Shown here: positions 28,006 through 36,216 of the stretch, piece after piece
Layout of the letters: every line of letters begins with the position of its first letter
Numbering within the stretch: the first letter of the stretch is position 1
Origin: an uncultured Caulobacterales bacterium
Lineage (GTDB): Bacteria; Pseudomonadota; Alphaproteobacteria; Caulobacterales; Maricaulaceae
Length of the DNA: 64,000 nucleotides
Assembly (NCBI GenBank): GCA_964526675.1
Contig: CAZGLY010000009.1
Span: forward strand, 5,004 to 69,003
Reading direction: 5' to 3'
Program-made: the position numbers and the translations under genes
The notes under the pieces: generated by a model
What the model saw: only the letters and a program-made list of their open reading frames with translations
What the model was told of the DNA's origin: nothing
Databases searched by the model: none

Positions 28006-29208
28006 TCAGCCCACGGCCGCCGTGACGCGATCGCACACATAGTGCGCCTGGGCGTCGCTCAGATACGGATGCATGGGCAGCGACAGCACCCGGCTCGCCA
28101 GCATCTCCGCCGCCGGCAGCCCGCCGTCCGGCGCATAGGCCGCAAACGCGCCCATATGATGCAACGCCTGACGATAATAGACCGCCGTCGGCACGCCGTC
28201 GGCCTTCAACGCCGCGGCGACGCGATCGCGATGACGCACCGCGATGGTGAAAAGGCCATAGCCGCTTTCCTGGCCGGGCCGCGGGCGATGGAAATCCACC
28301 ACGCCCTCCAAGCGGTTCTCATAGATGGCCGCGATCTCCGTCCGGCGCGCCAGCTCATCGCCGAAAATGCGGAGCTTCTCCGTCACCACCGCGCAATTGA
28401 GGGAATCCAGCCGGCCGTTGAAGCCGACGCGGATCGATTCCTGCTTGCACGCGCAGGTGCCATGCCACCGGATCGACCGCAGCACGGCCGCCAGATTGGC
28501 GTCGTTCACAAACAACGCGCCGCCGTCGCCATAGGTGCCCAGCGCCTTGGCCGGATAGAAGCTCGTGGTGGTCATCGGCCCGAGGCCGCCCACGGCTTTG
28601 CCGTCGAGGCGACCGCCGAAGCTCTGGGCGCCGTCGATCAAGATGGCGAGGCCATCTGCTGCGGCTTCTATGGCCGGGATGTCCGCCGGCAAACCATAGA
28701 GGTCCACCGGAATCACCGCACGCGGCGTCAGCCGGCCTTCCGCGCGCACCGCCGCGATCCGACGCGCCAAGTCCGTCGGGTCCATATTGAACGTGTCGGG
28801 ATCGACGTCGACGAAAACCGGGGTGGCGCCGGCCAACAACACGGCGTTGGCGGTGGCGTTGTAGGTGAACGCGGGAATGAAAACCGCGTCTTCGCTCGTC
28901 TCCGCCGTGCGGCTGATCGGCTCGCGCGCCGACACCCCGACGCCCAACGCCATCAGCCCCATGATCAAAGCGTCCGTGCCAGAGCCCACGGCCACCACGT
29001 CGGCCGCGCCCGTCGCCGCGCACAAGGCCTGCTCGAGCTCTTCGACCTCAGGCCCTTGGATGTAGCGCCCATGGTCGAGAATTTGGGACCAACGCGCCTC
29101 CACACGAGCGCGAATGCGCGCCTGCTGCGCTTTCAGGTCCACGAACGGGATCGGGGCCGGCGGCGTCGACGGCAGCGGGTGCACCGGAACCGGGGCGAGA
29201 TCAACCAT
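28006..29208 (-). CDS. DegT/DnrJ/EryC1/StrS family sugar aminotransferase
   Basis: ATG 29208..29206 (alternative at 29253). It has the typical start FVDLKAQQARIRARVEARWSQILDHGRYIQGPEV, and the PLP-lysine region TSFYPAKALG. Confidence 0.85.
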   Translation of the reverse strand: MVDLAPVPVHPLPSTPPAPIPFVDLKAQQARIRARVEARWSQILDHGRYIQGPEVEELEQALCAATGAADVVAVGSGTDALIMGLMALGVGVSAREPISRTAETSEDAVFIPAFTYNATANAVLLAGATPVFVDVDPDTFNMDPTDLARRIAAVRAEGRLTPRAVIPVDLYGLPADIPAIEAAADGLAILIDGAQSFGGRLDGKAVGGLGPMTTTSFYPAKALGTYGDGGALFVNDANLAAVLRSIRWHGTCACKQESIRVGFNGRLDSLNCAVVTEKLRIFGDELARRTEIAAIYENRLEGVVDFHRPRPGQESGYGLFTIAVRHRDRVAAALKADGVPTAVYYRQALHHMGAFAAYAPDGGLPAAEMLASRVLSLPMHPYLSDAQAHYVCDRVTAAVG

Positions 29209-29268
29209 GCATACTCTCCTGCTCATCATCGCCGCCCGCTTCGCCGCGCGCAAACGTGCCTGCGTCCA

Positions 29269-30204
29269 TCAATTGTCAGCGGGTGCGGCCGCGCGCTCGG
29301 CTGCGGCGTCCGCCATCAGCGCCAAGCGCACCGCTTCCAAACCATCCGCGCCCGACACCAAAGGCGGGCCGCCGTCACGGACGGCCGCCACAAACGCTTC
29401 GACGCCCGCGCCAAGGGAGTCGCGCGCCTTGGGGTCGTCGAGAAAATCGGGGTTCAGCAGATGGCTGGTCGTGTTCGCAAACGTCTTCGCGACGAAATCA
29501 ACCTCGACCGCGCCGCTGTCGTACTCCACGCGCATCACCCGATCGCGCTCCGGCGCCAAGCGGCTCGCCTCAAGCTGGGCGCTGAAGCCGTTGACGAAAC
29601 GGATCTCCGTCGCGAGGCGGTCGTGCGTCTGCGACTGCGCGATCGTGGCCTCCGCCGTGACGGACGCCGCGTCGGCGCGTCCCGCCAACAGACGCACCAG
29701 ATCAATGTCATGGGTCATCAAATCGAGTGACACGCTGACATCCGCGCCGCGTTGACTGAAGGGCCCCATCCGGCGCGCCACCACGCGCCGCGGCCGCTCG
29801 CCCACGTCCAGCAAGCCCATCGCCGCGAACACGAAACGCTCTTGATGGCCGACCTGCAGCACCAAGCCCTCGCGCTCCGCAATGGCCACCGCCGCTTCGG
29901 CTTCCGCCACGGTGGCCGCGACCGGTTTCTCCACCAACACGTGCTTGCCCGCGAGAAGCGCCTGGCGCGCCAGCGCGCCATGGGTGCGCGCCGGGCTCGC
30001 GATGGTGACCACGTCCACCGCCTCGATCAGGGCGTCGACATCATAAAAGAGCGCCACGTCGAACCGTCCGGCGAGCGCGCGCGCGCGCTCGTCATCGGGG
30101 TCATGCACGCCCACCAGAGCGACATCGGGGTGCGCGGCGTACTTCGAGGCGTGGTGGCCGCCGAACACGCCGGCTCCGATCACACCCGCCCGCACTTGCG
30201 TCAT
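29269..30204 (-). CDS. Gfo/Idh/MocA family oxidoreductase
   Basis: Internal ATG 30204 gives MTQVRAGVIGAGVFGGHHASKY (Rossmann GxGxxG). The motif EKP is present (VLVEKPVA). Confidence 0.85.
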   Translation of the reverse strand: MTQVRAGVIGAGVFGGHHASKYAAHPDVALVGVHDPDDERARALAGRFDVALFYDVDALIEAVDVVTIASPARTHGALARQALLAGKHVLVEKPVAATVAEAEAAVAIAEREGLVLQVGHQERFVFAAMGLLDVGERPRRVVARRMGPFSQRGADVSVSLDLMTHDIDLVRLLAGRADAASVTAEATIAQSQTHDRLATEIRFVNGFSAQLEASRLAPERDRVMRVEYDSGAVEVDFVAKTFANTTSHLLNPDFLDDPKARDSLGAGVEAFVAAVRDGGPPLVSGADGLEAVRLALMADAAAERAAAPADN

Positions 30205-30340
30205 TGCTTCGCCTTTTCGCCGCGACACACACCCGCGCGCACGGCCGCCCCGCCCGCGTTGTGGGGGAAAAACGCATGTGTGCAGTGCAACACGCAAGCG
30301 CAGCGGCCATCAAGATTTGTTTCGCCAATTTTGCATCAAT

Positions 30341-30356
30341 GCGGCGGATCCGCCGC
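30341..30356. repeat. perfect 16-bp palindrome GCGGCGGATCCGCCGC
   Basis: Read directly. It lies in the 383-nt divergent region between the Gfo/Idh/MocA gene and hup. Confidence 0.5.
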
Positions 30357-30406
30357 GAATCTGAGGCGCAGGAAGCGATTTTGGGCCATTGTTCACGCTG
30401 CGTTCA

Positions 30407-30450
30407 CGGCCAAACGGACGGAGTGTGACGATTCACGGCCCGTTTGGCCG
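30407..30450. repeat. 11-bp perfect inverted repeat CGGCCAAACGG ... CCGTTTGGCCG (22-nt loop), with TTCACG(G) repeated three times around it
   Basis: The arms are at 30407..30417 and 30440..30450. TTCACG occurs at 30392, 30402 and 30432. No T-tract follows the repeat. Confidence 0.5.
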
Positions 30451-30587
30451 CCTGGCGCCGGATCGTCGGCCAAGCGACGAAAAGCTAAGCAGCGCCAATG
30501 GACTTGCGCTTTCTGGCTCGAATCGTACCAGAGACACGTCGCAGAAGCCGCCGCCAATCCAGGCGTCGGCGGAACAAGGAGGGGCTC

Positions 30588-30854
30588 ATGAACAAGTCCG
30601 AGCTCATCAAAGCCGTGGCCACGGAGGCCGGCTTGACTCAGACCCAAGCAAGCGGCGCGCTCGACGCCGTGATCAACGTTGTCACGAAGACGCTGAAGGA
30701 CGGCGACCAAGTCGCTATCGCCGGCTTCGGCACCTTCCTCGCCAAGCACCGCGAAGCGCGCGAAGGCCGCAACCCGCGTACGGGCGAGAAAGTCGCCATC
30801 GCCGCCAAGACGTCCGCGAGCTGGAAACCGTCGACGGCGCTCAAAGACCTGTAG
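30588..30854 (+). CDS. hup: HU family DNA-binding protein
   Basis: ATG 30588 is preceded by AAGGAGGGG. The 88-aa product is MNKSELIKAVA...GFGTF...RNPRTGE. Confidence 0.93.
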   Translation: MNKSELIKAVATEAGLTQTQASGALDAVINVVTKTLKDGDQVAIAGFGTFLAKHREAREGRNPRTGEKVAIAAKTSASWKPSTALKDL

Positions 30855-30928
30855 CGTTCCGCCAACCCCCGCCTCCCGACCGCGCTGGTCTCACTTCCGG
30901 CGATGCGACGGAGGCGGCGGGGCGTCGG

Positions 30929-32299
30929 CTACGCCGCAGCGCCCTGATTTTGCGCGCGATCGTCGCGCAGCAACTCGGCGACGAGAAACGCCAACTCCAA
31001 CGCCTGGTCGGCATTGAGCCGCGGATCGCAGTGGGTGTGATACCGAGAGGAGAGATCCGCCTCGGTCAGGCCGCCCACGCCGCCGACGCATTCCGTGACG
31101 TTCGTCCCGGTCATCTCAATGTGCACGCCGCCGGGGTGCGCGTCCTCGGCACGCGCGATGGCGATGAACGCCCGCACCTCGGCGAAAATCCGTTCAACGT
31201 CGCGGGTCTTAAAGCCGGTGGCGGCCTTGAACGTGTTGCCGTGCATCGGATCGGACAGCCACGCCACCGACCGGCCCTCCCGCGCGACGGCGCGCATCAA
31301 AGGCGGCAGCCCCTCGGCGACGCCGTCCGCGCCAAAGCGCGCGATAAGGGTCAAGCGTCCCGGTTCGTTGTCGGGGTTGAGGGCGTCGATCAACCGCAAA
31401 AGCTCATCGGGGGCGAGGCCCGGGCCGCATTTGAGGCCGATGGGGTTTTTCACGCCCCGCAAGAACTCCACATGCGCGTGGTCGATCTGACGCGTGCGGT
31501 GCCCGATCCACACGAAGTGCGCTGAGGTGTCGTACCAGTCGCCCGTGATTGGATCGACCCGCGTCAACGCCTCCTCAAACGGCAGCAGCAGCGCTTCATG
31601 GCTCGTGAAAAAGTCGGTCTCCGAGAGCTGCGGCGCGGTGTCGGCCGTCACGCGGCACGCCGCCATAAAGGACAGCGCCTCCGAGATCCGGTCGGCAAGT
31701 TCGCGATAGCGCGCCGCTTGATCGCTCTGGCCGACAAACTCAAGCGTCCAGCGATGCACGTTGGACAGCGCCGCGTAGCCGCCCTGCGCAAACGCGCGCA
31801 GCAAATTGAGGGTCTCCGCCGACTGGCTGTAGGCTTGGATGAGGCGCTGGGGATCGGGCGTGCGCGCCTCGGTGGTGAAGGCCATGTCGTTGATGTTGTC
31901 GCCGCGATAGCTCGGCAGCGTGACGCCGTCGCGCGTTTCGATGGGGCTCGAGCGCGGCTTGCCGAACTGGCCGGCGATGCGGCCGATCTTCACCACCGGC
32001 TTGGCCGCCGCGAAGGTGAGCACGACCGCCATCTGCATCAGCACGCGGAACGTGTCGCGGATGGAATCCGGGTGAAACTCAGCGAAGCTCTCCGCGCAAT
32101 CGCCGCCCTGCAACACAATCGCGTCGCCCCGCGCCACGGACGCCAAGTGCTTCGTGAGACGCCTCACCTCGCCGGCGAACACCAAAGGCGGGTAGCCGGA
32201 CAAACGACCGACCGCGGAGTCCAACGCGGCGGGATCAGGATAATCGTCTGGGATGTGTTTCGCCGGCTTGGCGCGCCAGCTCGTGGGGGACCAGGTCAT
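30929..32299 (-). CDS. class II 3-deoxy-7-phosphoheptulonate (DAHP) synthase
   Basis: Internal ATG 32299..32297 gives [21 protein letters not shown]... Class II hallmarks are [24 protein letters not shown] and DPMHGNT. Confidence 0.9.
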   Translation of the reverse strand: MTWSPTSWRAKPAKHIPDDYPDPAALDSAVGRLSGYPPLVFAGEVRRLTKHLASVARGDAIVLQGGDCAESFAEFHPDSIRDTFRVLMQMAVVLTFAAAKPVVKIGRIAGQFGKPRSSPIETRDGVTLPSYRGDNINDMAFTTEARTPDPQRLIQAYSQSAETLNLLRAFAQGGYAALSNVHRWTLEFVGQSDQAARYRELADRISEALSFMAACRVTADTAPQLSETDFFTSHEALLLPFEEALTRVDPITGDWYDTSAHFVWIGHRTRQIDHAHVEFLRGVKNPIGLKCGPGLAPDELLRLIDALNPDNEPGRLTLIARFGADGVAEGLPPLMRAVAREGRSVAWLSDPMHGNTFKAATGFKTRDVERIFAEVRAFIAIARAEDAHPGGVHIEMTGTNVTECVGGVGGLTEADLSSRYHTHCDPRLNADQALELAFLVAELLRDDRAQNQGAAA

Positions 32300-32552
32300 G
32301 AAAGCGTCTCTCGCGACGGCGCAAGCTCGTAAAGTGTCGTCGTGACCCCGGTTTGACAAGGCGCGCAGCCGAACGCGTCGCGGCGACCGCGGTATGGGAC
32401 GCCGCGGTGAGGACTCGCCACCCGTGACGTCGCCCCGTATAAACGCCAACGCGGGTGTTCGGGGGCCTAACGCCGGCAATCCAGGGGTTCACAGCGCCGC
32501 GAAGGCGAAGGTTTGGCCGGCCGGCGGCCTCATCCAACCATGGGGCGTGCGT

Positions 32553-33512
32553 ATGACATCGGCGAACGGTCTCATCCAGCGGGCGCGCCGTCGTGCGGGC
32601 CGCCCGACGCCGACGAGCGTCGGCGTGCGGACGGCTCTCGCGGCGGCCGCGGCGGCGCTCCTGTGCGCCTGCAGCCTCGGGCCCGCCACCGAGCGGGCCG
32701 GAGGGACGCCGTTTGCGATCGGGCCGCTGACGCCGCCGCCGAGCTCCTTGCCGCCGGCGGAGAGCGCGGGCGCGGACGCGTTGTTGGGCGCGGCGAGCTA
32801 CTCCATCCAAGATCCCTACGCTGATTGGGGCGTGGGCTATCTGGCGCCGATCAACGGCCGGGTGGCGAGCGCGGCGATCCCGCTCTTTCTCGATCCCGGC
32901 CGCGACCATTGGGGGTGGCTGGTGCGCGGGCGGGCGTATCTGCTCGCGAACCGGACCGCCGCGCCGCCGCGGTCGGACGCCTGGCTGCGGCTGGTGGACG
33001 GCGACGAAGCGCTCGTCGTGCTGCAGCAAGGCCCCCGCGGTTGGCTGTTGGTGCGTTGGGGCGAGCCCGATGATTTTTCCGGCGGCGTCGCGTGGACCCG
33101 CCGCGGCCTCGAGCGCGGCGAGCGTCTCGACTACGTGCCCTGGGCGACCGCGATCGAGCGCGAAGGCGGCCTCGTCTTCCGGGACCGGGAGGTCGCGTAC
33201 CGCTTGCGGGCCTCACCAAGCGAAAGCGCGCCGGTGCTCGGTTCCGTCGTCGGCGGCGACTATGATTTGGAAGTCATGAAGCGGGCTGGGGATTGGGCGC
33301 AAGTGCGGGTGTTTGAGCCGCCGAAATGCGCGCCGCCCGCCGACGGCTCCCTTGGTGGTGAAGTGCTGCTGGGCGGGCCGTCCGACGGCGGGGCGGCGCC
33401 GACGCGCCGCTACCGCACGCGCGTGGGGTGGGTGAAATGGCGCGACCCCGGCAAAGGCCCTTGGCTCACCCGCGCGTGGCCGTGTTTGCGGGGATCGCTG
33501 ACGGTTGGCTAG
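32553..33512 (+). CDS. probable lipoprotein with SH3-like C-terminal segment (hypothetical)
   Basis: ATG 32553 in ORF 32394..33512. It has a basic N-terminus, then a hydrophobic stretch ending in a lipobox-like ALLCACS. The later segment DLEVMKRAGDWAQVRV resembles bacterial SH3. Confidence 0.45.
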   Translation: MTSANGLIQRARRRAGRPTPTSVGVRTALAAAAAALLCACSLGPATERAGGTPFAIGPLTPPPSSLPPAESAGADALLGAASYSIQDPYADWGVGYLAPINGRVASAAIPLFLDPGRDHWGWLVRGRAYLLANRTAAPPRSDAWLRLVDGDEALVVLQQGPRGWLLVRWGEPDDFSGGVAWTRRGLERGERLDYVPWATAIEREGGLVFRDREVAYRLRASPSESAPVLGSVVGGDYDLEVMKRAGDWAQVRVFEPPKCAPPADGSLGGEVLLGGPSDGGAAPTRRYRTRVGWVKWRDPGKGPWLTRAWPCLRGSLTVG

Positions 33513-33518
33513 CGCGCG

Positions 33519-34421
33519 CTAGCCCGCCAGCGGCGACGGTTCGCGCGGCGACGCGCCCAAGCGGCTGTCGATGTAAGCCTCCAACGAGCCCGCCAGCTTG
33601 CGCACATCTTGCGCGAGATCGGCGTACTTGCCGCGGAGCGTGCGGGGGCGCCCGGCCTCCTCGACCTGGCTGGCGCGCATCATCGCCACCGATTGTTTGA
33701 TGGCCGGATTGAGCACCGGATAGAGTTCCCGCAGCAAATCGGCGTAGCGCATCGACACGTGATTGACCGCATACTTCGTGATGACCACCAGGCGCGGCAC
33801 CGTCTCCTCCAACGCCAAATGCTCATCAAGACCGCGCACGTCGAACGCCCGAAGGCCGTAGACCGCGACCGGATCAGCGATCGTCGGCATCACAATCGCT
33901 TCGCTGGCCAAAATGGCGCCCTGGGCGAGCGAGGCGAAGTTGGGCGCGCAATCAAACAGGAAGTAGTCATATTCCGCGCGGATCGGGTCTGTGCAGTCCC
34001 GCAGCCGCATCGCAATGTCCTCACCGGCGCGTGCGGGATCCTTGCTGATGGCCTGGGCGGCCGCCTCAAACCGCAGCTCGTCGAAGCGCATGCGCGGCGA
34101 CGCGGGGATCAGGTCCACGCGCCCGCCATAGTCGTCGATTTCGGTGACGCGCGACGCGTTCTCGACAATGGCCGCGTTGAACGATCCTTCGCGATGGTGG
34201 CTTTCGGGAAACAGCACGTCGCCCAGATTCCGGACAGCCCCGCGCTCGATCTCCTCCATCTCGTCGCTGCCGCGCAGCATGAATGAGAGGCTGCCTTGGG
34301 GATCGAGGTCGAGCACCAACACCTTGCGCCCGAGCGAAGCCAGGCCGTCGGCCAACATCATACTCGTGGTGGACTTGCCCACCCCGCCCTTCAGGTTCGC
34401 CACGCTGACCGCGACCGCCAT
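33519..34421 (-). CDS. orphan ParA/MinD-type P-loop ATPase
   Basis: 300-aa ORF. It has the deviant Walker A with signature lysine VANLKGGVGKSTT, Walker A' VLVLDLDPQGS and Walker B YDYFLFDCAPN. There is no N-terminal HTH. No parB or parS was recognised nearby. Confidence 0.85.
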   Translation of the reverse strand: MAVAVSVANLKGGVGKSTTSMMLADGLASLGRKVLVLDLDPQGSLSFMLRGSDEMEEIERGAVRNLGDVLFPESHHREGSFNAAIVENASRVTEIDDYGGRVDLIPASPRMRFDELRFEAAAQAISKDPARAGEDIAMRLRDCTDPIRAEYDYFLFDCAPNFASLAQGAILASEAIVMPTIADPVAVYGLRAFDVRGLDEHLALEETVPRLVVITKYAVNHVSMRYADLLRELYPVLNPAIKQSVAMMRASQVEEAGRPRTLRGKYADLAQDVRKLAGSLEAYIDSRLGASPREPSPLAG

Positions 34422-34644
34422 GCTTCTTCCTCATCCCATTTGCGTGCGCGCGCCGCACGGCCCAGACACGGACCCGAGCGCAAAGACGCGCCGCCGCGCG
34501 CCGGAAGCGCCCACGACCGGCGCGCGGAGAACGTTACCCCGGCGCCGCCCCGCGAGGTAGCCCCCTCCCCACACCGGATCCAGGGCCAGGATCGGCGACA
34601 GCGCACACGCCCCGGCGCCACACGCGTCCTTGGGTTGCCGTCAT

Positions 34645-34656
34645 CGAGAATTCTCG
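34645..34656. repeat. perfect 12-bp palindrome CGAGAATTCTCG flanked by direct repeats GCCGTCAT (34637..34644 and 34668..34675)
   Basis: Read directly in the divergent ParA / TIR-ParA intergenic region. It has an AT-rich centre in a GC-rich spacer. Whether it is an operator is unproven. Confidence 0.5.
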
Positions 34657-34827
34657 CGAAACGACGCGCCGTCATGCGGCACAGGCGCACGACCCTGCAC
34701 GCGCACATTGTGTCGCGCCGCCTGGTCGGTAATCCTTGTTAACTAAGGTGCGCGGCGCTCGAGCGTTGATCGCGTGCGCGCCAGGGGCGAGACCTTCAGC
34801 AGCTCTGGGCGGGCGGGGACATCAACG

Positions 34828-36216
34828 ATGCCGAGAACAGTTTTCATTTCCTACGCGCATGAAGACGACGCGCACGCTCGGGCGATCGCCCATAAGCTTG
34901 ACCAGCTCGGCATCGACTATTGGCTCGATAACGAGCAATTGCACGCGGGGGCCCACTTACTCGACAGCATTCAAGATGGCATCGCGGAGAGCTTTTGCTT
35001 CGTCGTGCTTCATTCTGAGCACTCGTATAGGAGTTCCTATGTCCGGAACGAGCTGCAGTTTGCGCTCGATCACCAGATCCCGATCATCCCAATCCATCTG
35101 GACGATCAAGAGTACACACAATGGTGGGGCCACCGTATCGGACGCCTGACATACGCGTACCGTCCGAACGAGGTTGACGATCAGATGGAGCTCTTGGTCA
35201 CTGGGATTCAAGCGCACTATCGACGCACCGCGCCGGTCATAGCGTTCACCAACTTCAAAGGTGGTGTTGGCAAAACCACGTTAGCCGCTCATCTCAGCGG
35301 CATCTTTGCGTCTGAATTTAATAAACGCGTGCTGTTGATCGATTTGGATCCGCAACACAATCTCTCTCAGTTCTTCTATGGATCGGACATGCTTGATGCG
35401 TTCGCGCGCTTGCGACGCTCATCCATGTGTCTGTTTGAACCGGGGCTCCACGAGGTCGGAGGGGCCTCAGAGGTGTCGTGGAGCACCTTTGACTACAGCC
35501 GCACAACACCTGTCTCCCGCTCCGAGATCCGCCAACAGCTGGTGACGGGCGCCGATGGGCAAGGGTCGCTGGATATCATTCCCGGGCAATTTGACCTTGC
35601 CAAGTATTGCCTCATGACGAGGGATGGCGCACGGACCGCCGCCAGCCGCAACTTCTTCACAAGCTTACAGAGCTTCCGATCCTACTACGACTACATCGTG
35701 ATGGACACGAACCCAAGTGTCTCCTTGATTTCGGAACTGGCGCTCGATCATTCGGATATGTTGGTGTCGCCGCTTCATCCTGACCGCTACGGGCTTCGCG
35801 GCGTGCGCCTTTTGCGGCGGGTGTTGCACGAACGGCAACGCAACCGGCCTGCGCCCCTCAAACGCGCGACGGTGGTCAATCGCGTCGACAATCACAATCC
35901 GCAGATGCAGCGGTTTTTCCAAAGCTTGATCAGCGGCGATTTCGATCAAGCGATTGAGGCGTTGCCCGCGGGCGTCGCCCCTCGGGATCCCGAGTCCCAC
36001 TATGTGGCGCCGACCTACGTCCAAGAGAGCAATTTTATGTTGGTGCCCGTCCTGGGCGACTCTGAGACGGGCGTTGATCGGCTGATCTCATTCAACAACA
36101 ATCAAGTGGCGAACCCGATCCGAGAATCGCTGTTTCTTGTGGCTGACGATATTAAGCGGCGATTGGAACAAGATCATGAAACCAACAACTGGCCGCATCT
36201 TGGCGACGCTGCGTAA
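34828..36216 (+). CDS. TIR domain - ParA-type ATPase fusion protein
   Basis: ATG 34828 in ORF 34774..36216 (462 aa). Residues 1 to about 130 are TIR-like: VFISYAHEDDAHARAIAHKL...GIDYWLD...SIQDGIAESFCFVVLHSEHSYRSSYVRNELQFAL. The conserved Glu is E75, codon 35050..35052. From about residue 135 it is ParA-like, with Walker A FTNFKGGVGKTTL (35257..35277), A' VLLIDLDPQHN and Walker B YDYIVMDTNPS. Confidence 0.8.
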   Translation: MPRTVFISYAHEDDAHARAIAHKLDQLGIDYWLDNEQLHAGAHLLDSIQDGIAESFCFVVLHSEHSYRSSYVRNELQFALDHQIPIIPIHLDDQEYTQWWGHRIGRLTYAYRPNEVDDQMELLVTGIQAHYRRTAPVIAFTNFKGGVGKTTLAAHLSGIFASEFNKRVLLIDLDPQHNLSQFFYGSDMLDAFARLRRSSMCLFEPGLHEVGGASEVSWSTFDYSRTTPVSRSEIRQQLVTGADGQGSLDIIPGQFDLAKYCLMTRDGARTAASRNFFTSLQSFRSYYDYIVMDTNPSVSLISELALDHSDMLVSPLHPDRYGLRGVRLLRRVLHERQRNRPAPLKRATVVNRVDNHNPQMQRFFQSLISGDFDQAIEALPAGVAPRDPESHYVAPTYVQESNFMLVPVLGDSETGVDRLISFNNNQVANPIRESLFLVADDIKRRLEQDHETNNWPHLGDAA

